Shown: positions 45,164 through 57,800, counted from the stretch's first letter. The stretch is DNA of 64,000 nt from Tubulanus polymorphus (GCF_964204645.1 NC_134025.1:18327101-18391100); one strand, 5' to 3'. Made by a program: numbers and translations. Notes: a model not told the origin generated them from the letters alone.

Positions 45164-46609
45164 ATGGATGTAGAAGGTGGAGAAAATATTCCATTGGATG
45201 ACATGGGAAATGATAATGAAGGATATATTGATGATGAACCACAAACCGATTTTAATAAAACTAATATTGATAATGATGATGAATCAGCATATAATTCTAA
45301 TTTAACTACACCTCAATATATTGACAAAGCACGTTCAAAGATAAGTATTGAAAATGAAGTACCAGAAATAACAGAAAAAGAATACAATTATAATGAAATT
45401 ATTCATGAATTTAAACCAATATTAAAAAAATCTGGTTTCAATATAACAAATAAAGGTATGGATTATTTAGTAAAAGATTTAAAATATTTAAATGGTGATT
45501 ATTATTGGAAATTGAAAGGCGACTATTATTTTAAGATTTCAGATCTTAAAACTAGCGATAAAATAATAATACAATCAACCGCTAATTTATTAGAACAATC
45601 TAGAATTAAGAAAATCATTGATGATGTTATAACTGATGTTACACAAGAAGAAAGAATTGTTAATTTAAAAGAATTTAAACAAAGAAATGCTAAATTTTTT
45701 GATATAATTAATGCAAATTTAGAAACAGAAACAACTTCTGAACAGAATATAACTTCCAAAACTAGTAAACCTAATTCAAGCGAAGTTCAAACTGAAAAAC
45801 TTTTACCGAAGGGATTACTTGATGCAACAAATCAACAATTAGAAGATTTAGATATATTTTCTGATAAAGCAATAAGAGAAATTGTTAGTATAAGACTTGC
45901 ATCTGAAAAAATTGCATATTATAAAAGTATAAGAGATCAAAAAATTAGAACTTTAGAAAAAGAATTAACTGATAAAAATAAAGAAATAGAACAATTAAAG
46001 TCTGATTTAGATCATCAAGTAATTGATGAAATAGAATATAAACAAAAAGAATTACGTTTAGAAAAAGAAATAGATGATTTAAAATATAACAAAGAATTAC
46101 AAAAAGAAGAAAGAGATACATTGTTAAAATCATATGATTATAATATTAATAGATTAAAAGTTATTTTTAAAGATTTGTTGATTAAACCAAATTCTGAAAT
46201 ATCACTAAAAGACAGAATAAGATTATTATTTAAATTAGAAGGAATAACAATTCTTTCAATTCTAACAGCTGTAACTATGTTATTTACAACAATTGGTTTA
46301 GCAATATCAAATGCTTTAAAATCTACTCCTACTCCCACTCCCAATAAACCAGATAAACCTCCAGGAAATAATTCTATACAAGATAAAGTTAAAGATGGTT
46401 TAAAGAAATTAGCAAAATATTTATGGGAACTATCTAAAAAATCTGCTGCAGCTTTACCAGGAGTTATTGCTTCAATTGTTGGTTTTATATTGAAATCTGC
46501 AGGAAACATTATTAACTTTGCTGCTGAACATATTATTTTATTTTTAATTACAGTTGTAAGTGCTATTATTTTTGGGTTAGTGAATATGATATCAAAAAAT
46601 ATCAAGTAA
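45164..46609 (+). CDS. Coiled-coil protein with C-terminal hydrophobic helices (481 aa)
   Basis: Long open frame; acidic N-terminus, coiled coil, TM segments; TAAATG start. Confidence 0.8.
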   Translation: MDVEGGENIPLDDMGNDNEGYIDDEPQTDFNKTNIDNDDESAYNSNLTTPQYIDKARSKISIENEVPEITEKEYNYNEIIHEFKPILKKSGFNITNKGMDYLVKDLKYLNGDYYWKLKGDYYFKISDLKTSDKIIIQSTANLLEQSRIKKIIDDVITDVTQEERIVNLKEFKQRNAKFFDIINANLETETTSEQNITSKTSKPNSSEVQTEKLLPKGLLDATNQQLEDLDIFSDKAIREIVSIRLASEKIAYYKSIRDQKIRTLEKELTDKNKEIEQLKSDLDHQVIDEIEYKQKELRLEKEIDDLKYNKELQKEERDTLLKSYDYNINRLKVIFKDLLIKPNSEISLKDRIRLLFKLEGITILSILTAVTMLFTTIGLAISNALKSTPTPTPNKPDKPPGNNSIQDKVKDGLKKLAKYLWELSKKSAAALPGVIASIVGFILKSAGNIINFAAEHIILFLITVVSAIIFGLVNMISKNIK

Positions 46610-46680
46610 ACCATGATATCAAAAAATATCAAGTAAACCATGATATCAAAAAATAAATAATTAATTTTTTTGTTAAATAA

Positions 46681-47930
46681 ATGAGTGGGAGTTATATAAG
46701 TCCTTCCACGAATCATAGAATATCTAATGCTATTAAAGCAGAAAGATCACATCATATAATTACTCATAATCCTTCAAATATTAATCCCGATGAAACTTTA
46801 TACGTTAGAATCCCTCGATTAACACAAAATACTTTTTATGTTCCAAATAGTATTTATTTATCGGCCGATATAAAAGTAATCGGTAATAATAATAATTATG
46901 TTGTCGATAATGTTGGAAGATATTTGATTAAAAAGTTAACAATAAAGATTGGTCCAGAAACAGTTTTCTCATTAGATGATTATAATTTATTTATGCATTA
47001 TAAAGATTTATGGTTAACTAAAGAAAATAGAAATAATATGATATTTCAAGGAATCCAATCAGAAAACCATAATAAATTAAGATCTGAAGCCAATAACGCA
47101 GTAGTAAATAATGGCGTAGATAATTTGATTAAAAAGATTTATGGAAGTAAATATAAAATTCCATTAGACTTTGAATTGATAAATAATAATGCACCTTTAT
47201 ATAAATACGCAATTCAAGAAGATATTATATTTGAGATAACATTTGCTCCTGTAAATGAAATTGTATTATCTAGCGTTGTTAAAGATATGGGTTATAAATT
47301 ATCGAATATATGTTTAGAATATAACACAGTAACTAATGAAAATATTGCTAGCGCACAATTCAAACTCAATACAATCAAGGATTTTCATTATTATATGATT
47401 ATATTGATAAATTTAAAACTGTAACTATTAATGCAAATGATGAAATAATTAATGAGAATATTAACTTCCCAAGAAGATCTATTAAAGGTATATTAATATT
47501 TTTTACTATTGCAACATATTCTAATGGTGCAATAAATGTTGATAATTATTATAATCCTGAAATAACAAAAGTAGAAATAACTATCGAAGGAATAGCGAAT
47601 AAAATATTTTGCCAAGGAATGAGAATGATTGATCAATGGCCAGAAATTAAAAAACATTTTATGAATGAAAAAGTAAAATCATTTGAAAATTGTAATATTA
47701 ATCAAATTGATTATTATACCGGTAATAAATATGCATTATGGTTAGATTTTAGAACAACTAAAGATAATTCATTACATGGTTCTGGGAAAAAACTACAGAA
47801 CACTAAAGATGGAATACAATTATTTATGAAAAAGAATAAAGGAATCAAAAATTTTAAAATGCACATTTATATTATATCTGACGCGCAATTAAATATTGTA
47901 AATTCACAATTAGATAGTATTCAATATTAG
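46681..47930 (+). pseudogene. Major capsid protein (putative double jelly roll), frameshift near 47355
   Basis: ~415 aa beta-rich when joined; HNPSNINPDETLYVRIP, YKIPLDF, YKLSNICLEY, FPRRSIKGIL, YALWLDFR; located next to integrase and ATPase. Confidence 0.7.
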
Positions 47931-47960
47931 AAATATAAAGTTAAAATTAAGGATATATAA

Positions 47961-48663
47961 ATGAGTGGTAAAAAAACTCCTAATACTAAAGAACAATATT
48001 TAAGAAATTTATATTACAACCCTGAGAGTTCGGTTGCTTATTCTTCTACTAAAAATATATGGCGTAAAGTAAAACAAGATAAATTAGATAAGATAATCCC
48101 ACAAAATTTAGTTAAATATAAAGATATAAATGAATTTATGTTAGAACAACCAACATATACAACACATAAAAAAATTGTTAGAAAATATAAAACTCGTAAA
48201 ACTATGGTAAGTTATGTAGATCAACAGTGGCAAGGAGATTTAATTGATATGAAAAATCTTAAAAAAGATAATAATGATTAATTTATATGGAGCATTTCTT
48301 GTAGATGATTTTGGTGAACCTAAATTTAAAGTTGGTCAAAATGTTAGAATTTCTAAGTATAAAAAGATATTTGACAAAGGATACGATCGAAATTTTACTA
48401 GAGAAATATATAAAATAAAAAAGGTAATAACAACAAAACCATATGTCTATAAATTAGAAGATTTAGATGGTGAAGAAGTTGATGGTTACTTTTACGAAGA
48501 AGAATTAAGTTTAACTACTGAAAATCTAGAACAAGAATATAAAATTGAAAAAGTATTAAAAACAAAAACTATTAAAAGAAAAAAATATTCTTTAGTAAAA
48601 TGGGTTGGATGGCCAGATAAATTCAATGAATGGATATTATCAAGTAAAATTAAAAATATATAA
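47961..48663 (+). pseudogene. Integrase with the catalytic core deleted
   Basis: LYYNP..YTTHK..QWQGDLIDM joins directly to NLYGAF..KFKVGQNVRISK..chromodomain LVKWVGWPDKFNEW; the IDIFSRY/DEGKEF/ERFN segment seen in P1 is absent. Confidence 0.88.
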
Positions 48664-49272
48664 ATGAATAAAGAATTATTTATATTTGAGCCTCATAATA
48701 TGTTAATTTCTGGTGTAACAAATTGTGGAAAAACTTATTTTATATTAAATTTATTAGAAACTGTTTATGAAAACTATTTTGATAATATAGTATTATTTTG
48801 TCCAACATATGAATTTAATCAAACTTATGATAGAAACATTACTAGAAATAATAAATTTATTATATTAGATCCTAAAACAGTAAAAGAAAATTTAGATAAT
48901 TGTATAAAAATAGCAATTGATATTTATAAAGGATCAAATACATTATTTATCATAGATGATTGTGCTAATCTACATGATTCAAAAGTTAGAGAAAGTGAGT
49001 TATGTTATTTAGCTTTCTCTGGCAGACATTTTGGGATAACAACTTGGGTTTTAAATCAAAAATATAATTCAATTGTTAAAGACTTTAGAGAAAACATTAG
49101 ATTTCTAGTTTTATTCTACAATAAAGATAGAAAATCGATGAAAAATGCACTTGAGGAAAATGATATTATTCCACATGATTTACATAATGAATATATGGAT
49201 GAGTTGAAAAATATTAAAAGATCAAAATTACTATTTAGATTACAACACCCATTTAAATATGAATTTATTTAA
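48664..49272 (+). CDS. DNA packaging ATPase (A32/FtsK-like)
   Basis: GVTNCGKT, FIIDD, SGRH, LNQ; intact 202 aa. Confidence 0.92.
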   Translation: MNKELFIFEPHNMLISGVTNCGKTYFILNLLETVYENYFDNIVLFCPTYEFNQTYDRNITRNNKFIILDPKTVKENLDNCIKIAIDIYKGSNTLFIIDDCANLHDSKVRESELCYLAFSGRHFGITTWVLNQKYNSIVKDFRENIRFLVLFYNKDRKSMKNALEENDIIPHDLHNEYMDELKNIKRSKLLFRLQHPFKYEFI

Positions 49273-49530
49273 ATTCAATTAGTTTGTTAATCTAGTTGAA
49301 TTCTAGTTATTGGTAGTTGTAACAAAAATCAAATAGATTTAACAATATTTTAACTAGCTTGTTAATCTAGTTTAATTCTAGTTATATTCTAGTTGAATTC
49401 TAGTTGTTAGTAGTTGAAACAAAAATCAACTAGATTTAACAAGAAATAAACAAAAACAATAATATTTCAACTAGCTTGTTAATCTAGTTGAATTCTAGTT
49501 ACATTCTAGTTAAATTCTAGTTGCAACATC
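49273..49530. repeat. TCTAGTT / AACTAG-rich repeat block of P2
   Basis: Repeated GTTAATCTAGTTGAATTCTAGTT units; the largest non-coding gap in P2. Confidence 0.8.
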
Positions 49531-49556
49531 ACACAACTAATTTTTTTATTATAAAA

Positions 49557-50162
49557 ATGGGAGGTGAAAAGAAAATAAAATCTAAAAATGGTGATGTTCC
49601 AATTGAAAAAACTTTAGATGATTTAGGAATAACAGAAAACAAATTAATTCCAGATGATGGTGCTTTAAATAATGTTACAACAAATAATAATTATGAATAT
49701 TATCTTTATTGTAAACATCAATTAGAAATATTAATAGCATCTGGAAAATGTAAAAATTTTGTCGGTAAAAATTTAACTTATAATGAATTAGATACAATGA
49801 AATCAGTTGAAATTATTAGATTATTTAAGATTTATGAAGCCGCGAGAACAGCTAAAATTAATGACGCGATATCAGAAAATGTAGTAAAAGGTTATAGTAA
49901 ATTATGTAATTATATACTACCAATTGAAGATGAAAATAGATTATATTCCGATTTAAAAAATGACTATTTAGTTATGACTGAATTAAATAAATGGATTGGA
50001 TATTTATCATTTCAATTAGGTGGATTTATGACATTATTATCAACTGGGGTTATAACATTTTCAAATATTGAAAGTAAAAATATTTCTATAATAAATGAGC
50101 GAGGTGAAAGAAGTGAAGGAATTAACTGTGAAGAAAAAACCGAGAACTCAGAAACAAATTGA
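49557..50162 (+). CDS. Conserved hypothetical protein
   Basis: Homolog of 15999-16586; ATG at 49557 preferred over the TTG start in the track. Confidence 0.75.
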   Translation: MGGEKKIKSKNGDVPIEKTLDDLGITENKLIPDDGALNNVTTNNNYEYYLYCKHQLEILIASGKCKNFVGKNLTYNELDTMKSVEIIRLFKIYEAARTAKINDAISENVVKGYSKLCNYILPIEDENRLYSDLKNDYLVMTELNKWIGYLSFQLGGFMTLLSTGVITFSNIESKNISIINERGERSEGINCEEKTENSETN

Positions 50163-50466
50163 ATGGTCTCGACAATTAGGAATTAAATCACAAGAATATA
50201 AAAAAGCTGTAAAAGAAAAAATAAGTAATAAAAATGTTAATAAAAATGGTGAAAATATTGTTATTTCTACTCCTTCTGATAGTAGAATATTTGATAAATA
50301 TTTATATTTTACATTTGGATTTGTAATTGTATTCATTTTGATTGGGTATAATTGGTATAAGAAATCAAATAAAATTCATGATATTAGTAGTAATTCTGAA
50401 CCAACTGCTATCAAAAATGAAAGTACTTCTGAAATTCCAAAATTGATAATAAAAAAAATGGATTAA
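50095..50466 (+). CDS. Small single-TM protein
   Basis: TAAATG start; homolog of 16579-16920. Confidence 0.7.
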   Translation: MSEVKEVKELTVKKKPRTQKQIEWSRQLGIKSQEYKKAVKEKISNKNVNKNGENIVISTPSDSRIFDKYLYFTFGFVIVFILIGYNWYKKSNKIHDISSNSEPTAIKNESTSEIPKLIIKKMD

Positions 50467-50613
50467 TAGAAATAATGAATATCTCACTACTTTTGTCTAT
50501 CACTGTGTGGGTGCTGTTTATGGCACCATCTATGTGGAGCAATTAAATTGTCCAGATAAGTCATTTCGGATTCTAGATATTCATTATTTCTATTAATTTA
50601 TTTTTTTTTAAAT

Positions 50614-50940
50614 TTAATCAACAATTTCTAAATCATGATGACCGTCTTCATTTTTCCCATGATATATTATTTTAAATCCTACTAAATCTTTCAATTCCTC
50701 CGTACTCAATGAAACCCATTTATCGGGTAAAAACACTTTAAATTCTCGCGATGTACTAACATTACAGTAGCTTAAATTAGCTGATACTTTCTCTCCATAT
50801 TTAGTTTTTATCTTTTCTAATTTCAATATTTTATGTTCAATTTCTTTTGTAACATCAACTAACTTTTTTATTTCAAATTGTTTTTTTGCTGGTTTTATTC
50901 TGTTATTTATTGTTGCTAAGAATGCTTTTCTATCTCCCAT
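50614..50940 (-). CDS. 108-aa terminal protein of unknown function
   Basis: Starts inside the right TIR at TAAATG; KIKTKYGEKV..VFLP; its 5' half is copied in both palindrome arms. Confidence 0.75.
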   Translation of the reverse strand: MGDRKAFLATINNRIKPAKKQFEIKKLVDVTKEIEHKILKLEKIKTKYGEKVSANLSYCNVSTSREFKVFLPDKWVSLSTEELKDLVGFKIIYHGKNEDGHHDLEIVD

Positions 50941-51062
50941 TTATTAGGAAAAAAAATTACTTGTGGTGATGAGTGTTAGGAAAAAAATTACTTGTGGTGA
51001 TGAGTGGTGTCTCGTCCTCTCGTCCTCTGGTATGAAACCCACATATTCTAATTACTAACGGG

Positions 51063-53221
51063 AAAGCTAAACTAGCAGCAGTTCGTCGGCGGAATTTATG
51101 TTTTAACTGTCTTAAAACTGGACATCGTTCGTTTAACTGTAAGTCGACTTTTCTTTGTCGGAAGTGTAATAAGCGACATCATTCAGCTCTGTGCGACTCG
51201 TTTACAGAAAAGGTCAATTCTTCAATTAACAACGTTAGCCAGTCTAATAAGAGTAATGATTCGACATCTAATAGCGTACCGAGCGTCGGACTCGGATCAC
51301 CTCAGCCTACTGATAGTGGACAACCAGAGATTCAGTCATCAAAAGTTGATTTACCGGTGAAGGATGTTAGTCAAAACTTTTTGAGTATTAATAAGTCGTC
51401 GTGTAGTAATGTTCTACTTAAAACTGCGCTAGCTCCGGTCAGTAATGGAAGTGATAATTCGTTTTCTCATAATGCGAATATTATGCTGGATGATGGATCT
51501 CAGCGTACTTTCATTACGACACAGTTGGCCGCTCAGTTAAAATTATCGCCTATAGGGAAAGAAAATCTGAACGTTTCTACATTCGGTAACACGGATTATG
51601 TTTCGAGAGAGTGTGATTTAGTTAAATTACATTTACAGTGTGTAGATAAATCGTATTTATCTATTCGTGCATTGGTTGTTCCGCATATAACCAATCCAGT
51701 GTTCGTAGCTGAGCGTACGAATATTAACAATATACAGTCACATGGATTAAAGTTAGCTCATCCGTTGACAGAACCTGTGGGTCGATTCGATATATCGCTT
51801 TTGATTGGTGCAGACCAGTATTATGACATTGTGACCGATGAAGTTATTCGATTTGACGACTGTAACACTGTCGCAGTGGGTTCGAAACTCGGATTTATAT
51901 TAGCTGGACCAATATGTTCGTCTACGTGGGATTCTACGCCGTCAGTTATGATTGTTAACACTGAGAATCAATTACTTGAAAGTTTCTGGTCGTTGGAGAA
52001 TATTGGAATACACGATAAAATCTGTCCGACCAAGGATGTTCTATCAGATTATGTTGATACAGGTATTCAACTGCGCGATGGAAAATATTATGCGAAATTC
52101 CCATGGAAGGATTCTCATCCGGAACTTCCTACTAATCGTTTCATAGCTGAGAAACTTACTCGTAGTACCGTTCGTAGACTTGGTAAGAAACCCGATTTAT
52201 TAGCGAAATATCACGAAATTATGATGGATCAGTTGTCTCGGGATTTTATAGAACTTGTTGACTTGGATAAGCCGGTATCTGATAAAGAGCATTATATAGC
52301 ACACCATTGCGTATTCAGAGATAGTGCTACTACGCCCATACGAGTAGTTTTTAACTGTTCTTGCTGTTCTGGGAAAGACAAACCGTGTCTTAATGACTGC
52401 TTGGAGTCCGGGCCTCCGTTGTTGAATAATATTACGTCGATTTTACTCCGTTTTCGTAGCGGTTACTATGGATTTACTTCGGATATCGAAAAGGCGTTCC
52501 TTAATATAGCTTTAGAAGAAGAGGATAGAGATTCGACACGCTTTTTCTGGTTGAGTGACCCTACTGATGTAGAAAGTGACTTTGTCGTGTATCGTTTTAA
52601 GTCTGTGTTATTCGGTGCGTCGAGCTCGCCTTTTATTTTAAATGCGACCCTGCTGAAACACTTAAGTGGATAACGTTATATCAGGAGCAGATACTATCAG
52701 TGAATCGATTGAATATTATAAAGCTTCGAGAAGTATTATGTCTGATGGTGGATTCAACATTCGTTCGTGGTCATCTAATTGCGATGACGTCACTAGATTA
52801 GCTGACTCTGATGGAGTATTAGAAAAGAGTACTGAAGTCAGTGTTCTCGGCCTTCGGTGGAATACCGTTAGTGACATGTTGTCATTGAATCGAAAAACTG
52901 TGCTACAAGACTCTCAAGATCTAGTTACGAAACGGAATATTCTTCATTCGTCTGCAACTATGTACGATCCGCTTGGATTTCTATCACCGTTACTTATCAC
53001 CGCTAAGACTTTGTTACAAGACATTTGGCGAAAATGATTGGGATGATAAGTTACCGCCCGATTTTGAAGATCGCTGGAACAAGATTAATTCAGATATTCA
53101 AAGCGCATCTTTGGTAATACCGAGGAGATATTTTGATCGACCTATTGACTCTGGGTGTACGATTCATGTTTTCGGCGATTCTTCGCAAACGTCTTATGGA
53201 GCTGTGGCGTATATAGTACAA
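51063..53221 (+). pseudogene. pol: BEL gag knuckles, protease, RT and RNase H N-terminus
   Basis: CFNCLKTGH..C, MLDDGSQRTF, LLIGAD, YIAHH, IRVVFN, SDIEKAFL, FGASSSPF, VDN, YDPLG, HVFGDSS..YGAVAY. Confidence 0.92.
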
Positions 53222-53840
53222 TTAAATTCAAGATGGCGGAATCGGTCGACGTGTTTTCGCTCTAGTCCATAAAAATTACCGCTCAAAGTAAAACAGTGAC
53301 TACGTTTAAAATCTAAACACTTTCGATCTTTGGAATACTGTCGAATGAACCGTTGGGCAGCATCTGAAGCCACAAGAGCTGCCCCAGACCGTGTTTCACC
53401 GAGGAAAACCGTACGTGAGTGTGCTCAAACTTTAATAGTTGCTTAACACGTTTAACACAAATCAGCTGATATTAAATTAGCGCAAAGTTGAGGAGATCGT
53501 TATAGTGTAAGAAAGACGGCTCTGCAGAAATCTACGTTCGTCAGATATCGACTTTTCTTTTTGTTGGTTCTGTTGGTTTTGTGTTTAAATTGGAATTGCT
53601 TCAAATAAGTCGCCATTTTTAATTCAATCGTGGTGCATACTCGACATACACAACCGATCCGAACTCAAATCGTTCCGCTCTACTGAACAAGAAGTACCGA
53701 GCTGTAAACAACCAAAGCTTGTGACTCCCGGTCGCTCAGTATTCCCGTTATTGCAGTCGTCAATCTGACATGACCGCTCAGTATTTCCGTTAACAAACGC
53801 GTGCGCAAAAATAGCGATACTGAAAAGAAAAGGAACAAAA

Positions 53841-54891
53841 ATGTCCACCAACGAGTGTAAGAGCTGCAGCAACATCGAGACTCTGCTCCAGGAAATCCTT
53901 CAGAAAATCAGCATTCTACCGGAAGTAAACGAAAAAGTTGATCGAATGACTACCTCACTAGCAAACCTAACAACTCGTGTTGTATCCGTCGAAGCTGATC
54001 TGAAAGCGAATAAAAATTCCGTTGCGAATATGAGAAATGAGCTAGACGAAATACGAAGAAATCTGATCAACTCATCAAAATTAACCTCTGAAGTCAGAAA
54101 AATTGCCGAAAAAACCGCAGAACGTGTCAACTCTCTTGAGAATTACGGCCGTCGGGAAAATGTGATTTTTTACGGTATCCCAGAACAGGACCGCGAAAAC
54201 TGCGAGGAACTAGTGCGTCAAATAATCAGGGAGAAACTGGAGATCGACCAAGCAAACCATATCAAATTTCAGCGGGTTCATAGGCTGAATCGAAAAACCA
54301 GAAAAACCGGAACGCGTGGCATTATTGCACGATTCGCACTTTACACCGACAGAGAGCGCGTCAGACGCCAAGCTTACAAACTTAAGAATAGCGCTATATC
54401 GATAAGTGAAGATTACAGCCCCGAAACAGCTGTAAAGATTCGCGAAATGCTGCCGATTAAGAAATTAGCCACAAAAGCCGGTCACAGCCTTTTTCAACTG
54501 GAACGACAATCTCGTCGTAGACTCTGAAATATACAGAGGCGATGGAAGCGAATTTCATAACGTAGCGAAAGTAACCGACCAACCGGCTTACGAAGAAGCG
54601 GTAGCCAATCAAGCGAAGATAAATCCCCCTCGCGATGGACTTTTCACTTTTCGCGCTGACCTTGAACACGTACTAACAGCGACATCGACAGCACCACGCA
54701 ACTTGCCCTCGAGACAAACGGCCAAGCGCACGTCTAGGAAACCCGAGCCGAAACGGCCACGCATTGCATCGGACGAAACTGTAAACGTGGGCGCAGCCTT
54801 GGAAGGAGCGCGCGTGGTATTAGACATGAACGCGGACCAATTCATCCCTACCGAAGCTAATCGTGAAGCTCCCCCCTCGGTTGAGGCATAA
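53841..54891 (+). pseudogene. LINE ORF1 (coiled coil plus RRM)
   Basis: LENYGRRENVIFYGIPE..RVHRL..IIARF..ISEDYS; frameshift near 54490. Confidence 0.85.
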
Positions 54892-54899
54892 CAGGAGAC

Positions 54900-57800
54900 C
54901 ACAGAGCATATTTCGACTAAGTTATCGACATTAACTATAAATGTATGCGGCTTAAAAAGCAAAGAACATATTCCCGAGTTTCAATCGCTGATTAAATCAC
55001 ATGACATAATAATCCTGACCGAAATGAAGCTTAACGATACAGATGAGGCCTGGGCTTAGAACTTCTTCAACAATTTGGGGTATACTGTATTCTTAAAAAA
55101 TCGTGAGAAACTATCTTCATTCCGGTCCGGTGGCATAGCGATTGCGATAAGCAATATTTTAGCTCCTCATGTAACTATTATCAAAAGTTCTTGTAATTAT
55201 GTATTATGGCTACTTGTAGACAAGCATATAATTGACAAAGATAAAAATCTACAAATAGGGGCTGTATACTTACCACCAGAAACCAGTAAATTTGGTGGAG
55301 TAGACTGCTTTAATGCATTAAATATCGATATTCTCGAGAAATTTAATAGTACAGAATCCTTTTTATTATTATGCGGTGACTTTAACGCCTATACCGGAGC
55401 ACTCTTATACTACAACTCACCAGAAAACTACATAACTGTTGGATCAGACCTTGACAACGAGCTTCTTTTAGAAACCTATACTTGTGAACAGGTGCTTTCC
55501 AGTTATGACATATTAAGACGCAAAACTAAAGATCTCTCGGTGAATAACTATGGGTCCCGTTTAGTAGAACTGTGTAAGAACCATAGTATTATTATTTTGA
55601 ACGGCAGGATAGCTCCCGATCGATTGACCGGTGACTATACGTGTCATAAAGGCGAAATTAAACATATAGTAGATTACATGATCGCATCCCCTCATTTGAT
55701 CAGTTCTGTAAGACTGTTCCAGGTTTCAGAATTCGAAAAGCTTTTCTCTGACGTCCACAGTGGTCTAATTGCAGAGTTCAGTTTTAAGATCGAAATTCCA
55801 GACCTGGCCTCTGTGGACGCCAGTGAAAACTGTCAAGAGAAAGTTAATTGGAAGCCAGATCTGAAGGATCAATTTTTTCAGTCCTTAGAAAGGGAAATGC
55901 CTCTTCTCAATAGTATCAGTGAACGTCTCGCAAACAACACATTAAATGCAAACGAGGCCAACGACAGGCTTTGCAATATATTGTTAACCACAGCTGGTAA
56001 CGTCATGGGTAAGCGGGTTTTGAAACGTAAATCCAAACCGCGGTCAGCCGTTAAAGCCACTAACAACGTAACAGTTAGACTAGCGAGGTCTGACTATCGC
56101 CGTGCCAAACGTTTGTACCTAAGCCTGCGCACTAGAAATAATCATTTTGAAATGAATCGTGCCTTTCGTAAATATAAAAAAAACTATTAACAAATAGAAA
56201 AACGACAAAAGGCAAGAATTTAGCAGGAAAATTAGACAACTATCAAACTCTGACCCTCATACATTTTGGAAACTATTCAAAAAATCAGATAACAATTAGT
56301 GCAAAGTTCCAAACTCCGATCTCTTCCAACATTTCAAATCTATGAATGAAAGCCCAGTTTTAAACGGAAACGACCCTCTATTAAATAACGTTGATGAATT
56401 TATAGGTAGTAACTTTGACCATGGCCCTTTGAATCAACCGTTCTCTAGGGAAGAAATCTCAAAATGTATTAAAAAGCAAAAAAATTTCAAGGCCTGTGGT
56501 ATCGATGGGATACCGAATGAGTTCCTCAAAAGTGCCGAAGAATCACTACTACCTTTATTAGTAAACCTTTTTAATAATGCTCTCGATACAGGCACTATTC
56601 CAGAGTCATGGCTGAAAGGCATCATTGTCCCTTTCTTTAAACAAAAAGGTAGCTAAAAGGCCCCGATAATTATAGGGGAATCACCCTTTTAAGCAATATT
56701 GGCAAACTATTCACTAGTATTATCAACGAAAGAATTACTGAGTACTTAGAAATTAACAATCTTTTGCTACAGAACCAGGCCGGTTTTAGGAAGAATCATA
56801 GCATTATGGACCACGTATCTACCCTCAAGGCTCTAGTCGACACCTTCCTAAACAACAATCAAAAACTCTATTGTATTTTCATAGATTATAAAAAAGCCTT
56901 CGACTCTATCTGGAGAAAGGTCTTGTGGCACAAACTAATTAACAGTGGTGTCACTGGCAAAGTACTTAACGTTATACATAAAATGTATCAAGGTATCAAA
57001 TCATGTGTTTTTTCCGATAATAAAATGTCAGATTTTTTTATAGCTATTTAGGGGTAAGACAAGGTGAAAATCTGTCTCCTATATTATTTTCTTTCTTTTT
57101 AAACGACCTGAAAAGCTATCTATTAGAACGAAATAATCCAACCCTAAATTTTTTCGGACCTAACAATGTGCCATGGTTCCAACTTTTAATTCTCATGTAT
57201 GCAGATGACACGGTTTTATTAAGTGATTCGCCCGAGGGACTCCAAAAACTTATAGATAATCTCTGTGAATATTGCCAAGAATGGAAACTTTCAATTAATA
57301 ATGACAAGACAAAGGTCATCATCTTCTCGAAAAGAAGATTAAGAATCTTACCAGAATTTTACATTAATGGTCACAAATTAGAAATAGTTGATAAATTCAA
57401 GTACCTGGGTGTTCTCTTTTCATACACTGGATCGTTCACACAATGTCGTAAAACTCTTTCGGAACAAGCTATGAAAGCGGTATTTTTTGTATTAAAAAAG
57501 TCAAGTGAACATTCATTAGACCTAGATCTGACCTTGAAACTTTATGATAGTATGGTATTACCTATATTGCTGTTTGGCTGTGAAATTTGGGGATATGAGA
57601 ACACACAGGTACTCGAGCGTGTTCAGCTACAATTTTTTAAATATTTACTCAGATTGAAAAGGTCTACGTCTAGTGTATTTATTTACGGTGAGCTTGGGCG
57701 CTATCCTTTAGAGATTTATGTTAAATTGATAATCGTTAAATTTTGGACAAAATTGATAAATCAGACTGAACATTTCTCTTTTTTTATGTACAAATATATC

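Larger units (their letters stand above)
34966..51056 (+). mobile_element. Polinton/Maverick (adintovirus-like) P2, 16,091 bp, complete ends
   Basis: ~120-bp TIRs AGTAATTAGAATATGTGGG..; 6-bp TSD AACGGG (34960-34965 / 51057-51062); BEL gag rejoins in frame on removal (CNLNG|KAKLAAVRRRNLCFNC); pPolB, capsids, integrase and ATPase. Confidence 0.97.

Noticed and set aside
46583-46655. 27-bp tandem duplication at the end of the 481-aa gene
   Set aside because: Simple local slippage with no evident function.
46138-46716. 192-aa minus-strand ORF and other antisense ORFs within P2, BEL and the LINE
   Set aside because: Shadows of real genes on the opposite strand, with no motifs and no TAAATG start.
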